Below are positions 61,191 through 64,000 of a stretch of 64,000 nt of DNA, one piece after another. Each line of letters begins with the position of its first letter. The stretch's first letter is position 1. Location: the NCBI RefSeq assembly GCF_004010195.1, contig NW_025215375.1:62001-126000 (forward strand). Direction: 5' to 3'. The notes below the pieces were generated by a model. That model saw nothing but the letters and a program-made list of their open reading frames with translations, did not search any database and was not told the DNA's origin. Made by a program: the position numbers and the translations under genes. The stretch is from Chiloscyllium plagiosum. Taxonomy: Eukaryota.

Positions 61191-61415
61191 GTATTACCCG
61201 TCGCTCTTCTCATTGTCATTTGTTTGTCCAGCCGTTGGTGCCTACACGGACCCTGACCACTGGATCATTACCCTCCCGCTCCAAGTTCTGCAACCCAGGG
61301 GATATATCCCAAACCCGAGGACCATGTAGACAACACAACCTTCAGGAGTCTTAATCCTGATCACGGAGAACAGTATGTATGCCGATATATGTACTATCCC
61401 CAATTATCCATCTTT

Positions 61416-61530
61416 GGGCAGCATGGTGACACAGCAATGCTACCTCACAGTGCTAGGGACTAGGGTTCATTTCCAATCTCTGGACCCTGTCTGTGTGGAT
61501 TTTGTACATTCTCCCCGTGTCTGCATTGGG
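61416..61530 (+). mobile_element. 5' part of an HE1-type SINE
   Basis: gggcagcatggtgacacag...cctcacagtgctagggactagggttcatttcc...tgtgtggattttgtacattctccccgtgtctgc. Confidence 0.8.
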
Positions 61531-62129
61531 AGCATTGACTCTTTTCTGTCTCCACAGTACGTCTCTGTGTTTGCTTCAGATTTCTACCATCTACAGTATT
61601 TTCGCTTTTGTTCAATCGAGAAATGCAGCAAATGTGACAGGATTTTGAAAAAGCAGCCGTGGTTCGCGGGTTCCTCTGGGTGTTTAGGTATCTTGCCCGG
61701 CCACTTGTCTGAGTGCAGTGTCCCTGGATGCTCATTCCATCTCTCTCAGTTCCCTCCGTCCATTGTCAGTACATGCAGCCTTTCGTTGTGCCACCCCTGG
61801 GACTCTCCACACCGCATTGCCTGCTACTGGATACTCCTTTCGCAGGACTGTGCTCTCAACGTCACTGGGAACTTTCTGACCCGCTGCAGATGCTGGGTAA
61901 AGAACCTGACATTGAAAGGAACAGAATAACTGGAATCCGATTGAATAGCAAAGCTGAGTATACAGACTGAATTACATCCATCTGCTCTGCCATTTTCTAA
62001 TCTTCTATTTATCCTCATCCATTTGCAAATAGATGGTCTATATGAATGCCTTGTCACCAGGTTTGCTGGCCGGGATAGATATCAGATCCGGTGGTCATTG
62101 GACTGATTCAGTGGTCTCACTTTCCTGAA

Positions 62130-62680
62130 GTCACACTTAAGATTTTACTGTCAAGTCTATCCAGTTTAAAGAAAAGGCCTTGCTGGAGTTGTGCTGAAAG
62201 AATATTTGAATTTTGGAGACATTAGAACATGTCACGTGCGAGTGAGGTTAGGAATCGAAAGATAGCACAGTAAAATACATTATCAAAGTGTTGTGGGGGC
62301 GGCAGCACTTCCGATATGTGGATCATTGGGATCCCGAGTCAGTAGGTCATAGACAAAAAGGACGTGTGAACCTGAACTGTCAGCAATTTACGATATGTGG
62401 CTTACTCGGATTCACAGGTCAGTAGGATACACACAAGAACGACGGGATGCACATGAACTGATAGCAATCTCAGATATGTGGATCATTGGGATTCCCGATT
62501 GATAGGATATAAACAAAATGGATGGGATGGCTTTGAACTGGCAGCAATCTCCTGGCAGGCAGGTTTGCTATTGTCCTTTACGAGGGTTTAAACTAGTGTG
62601 CGGCGGCAGTGGGAGAGGGGTGTATGGAACCCACAGCAGTCGGTCCACAGGTGCAGAGACTGAGGAGGAGTTGGAGACTA
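62130..62680 (+). mobile_element. CR1 ORF1 (esterase) fragment containing 3 diverged tandem units of about 80 bp (62302-62552)
   Basis: gatatgtgg at 62313, 62392 and 62473; FRYVDHWD...KxDGxHxNW-like content; ends gagggtttaaactagt as in other CR1 ORF1 ends. Confidence 0.65.
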
Positions 62681-63764
62681 ATCGCAGTACAGCTAAGAAC
62701 AACAACAACAAAAAAGAGGGTACTGATCAAAGTGGCCTGGCAGTCTGAGGTGTCCTTATCTTCATATGAGGGATCTGTTTGTTTGAACAGATATTTTTAT
62801 GTCGCTGCATGTCAGAAAATAGGAAGAGATAATGGTTAATTTTCCACTGTGTCCTTCACTGGACCAGCTTGTCTCTCCAGGCAGTAAAACTTGTTATCGT
62901 GTGTCAGAGAACTTCAGAATTAATACAACACAGAAGGAGGCCATTCAGCCCACCATGCGTCCACGAGGTCTCCAACTTGACAGCTTGAAAATAGAAGGAA
63001 TGATCGGAGATAGACTGAGAGGGAGAGAAATAAACGGAGAGAAAGACAATGAAGTGAGATAAACAGAGTGGAAAAGGGAGCTACAGAGCAAGTGAGAGCA
63101 AGGAGTGTCAGACGAATGTGAAGTTAGATCAGGAGTCAGCATGAGGAGGAATACACAGAAACCTTTCTTAGAAACTCTCGCAGACTGTAAGCCCTTTGTC
63201 TGGTGCCATACTCTGTGAGCACCATGCTGATACTGGCTTTCATTCCAGATCATTTATCGCCAATATCATCCCAGAACTGAGTGGCTGACAGCTAAACACA
63301 ATCCAATAGACCAATAGATTGGTTCCAGGGCGAGGGTGGATTAATTTAAATATTCTGAGCCAACAGAAACTTGTAGCCCCTCTGGACACTGCGTGAGAGG
63401 CAGGATGGAGTCTCAGTGAAGGGAATCACTGGCAGAGGGGAAATCAGGATCTCAGCTCTGGGTCAAATAATGATTGATAAAGTTTGCACAGCACTTCCAT
63501 GGTTTTGTAATTCACATTTCAATTTATATAGCTCCACATAGTAAGTGTATTTTAACAATATTGACTTTTTGTAGTTTTCATATTTTGGTATGTGCAGAAC
63601 AGCTTTTATCTCCTTGTATTTTGTGTTGAATAAACACATTTTATTATTGAGGAAGAAAGAGCCTGCTCAGATGGGACATTCGTCATGTGAACCACGCTGG
63701 GACCAGAGTCCGAGTGAATCCTAACCAGCACAAATGAATGACAATGAGAACAGGGACGTTAAGT

Positions 63765-64000
63765 GCAGGACTGAAGGGTTTACAACTGAATGCATGCTGT
63801 GTAAGGAATAAGGTGAATGAGCTTGTGGCTCATTGAATCGGCATGTATGAAGTGACGGGCATCACAGAGATGTGGCTGCAAGGGGATCCGAATATTTAAG
63901 GATATTTATCCTATCGAAAAGATAGGCAGGTGGGCAGAGGGAGTGGGATTGCATTATTAGTAAGAAATGAAATTAAATCAATAGTAAGAAAGGAAGTTAG
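63765..64000 (+). mobile_element. CR1 ORF2 start (APE), running off the window end
   Basis: LNACCVRNKVNELVA, GITEMWLQGD, YRKDRQVGRGSGIALLVRNEI. Confidence 0.85.

Noticed and set aside
63290..63720. Possible LTR fragment (CCAAT boxes, AATAAA)
   Set aside because: No TG...CA boundaries, PBS or partner copy could be identified.

Overview
Eukaryotic, repeat-dominated vertebrate DNA. The repeat families (HE1/V-SINE-type SINEs, several CR1 subfamilies, Penelope-derived short elements, Gmr1-type Gypsy) point to a cartilaginous fish, probably a shark; this is an inference. Most of the window is decayed, nested retroelements: CR1 LINEs on both strands, one apparently full-length L1-clade LINE with a 12-bp TSD (22906-28752, minus), two Gypsy LTR elements plus a solo LTR, a Rex1/Babar LINE, Penelope-like elements carrying minimal hammerhead-ribozyme cores, and SINEs. 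The only host coding sequences I can support are two paralogous + strand first coding exons of GPR139-like class A GPCRs (33699-33915 and 56768-56942). Each encodes a repeated 14-aa N-terminal unit plus the first half of TM1 and ends in a phase-1 CCTG|GTAAGT donor. I could find no 7TM-body exon anywhere in the window. Main leads: (1) possible tandem alternative first exons for a shared GPCR body, or an orphaned exon; (2) a 42-nt ATG-containing repeat that changes GPCR N-terminal length; (3) hammerhead cores spread by about 100-150 bp Penelope-derived inserts; (4) an about 17-copy 42-bp minisatellite derived from a reverse-transcriptase motif. All calls were made by eye with no alignments or database searches. 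TE boundaries are approximate unless a TSD is given.
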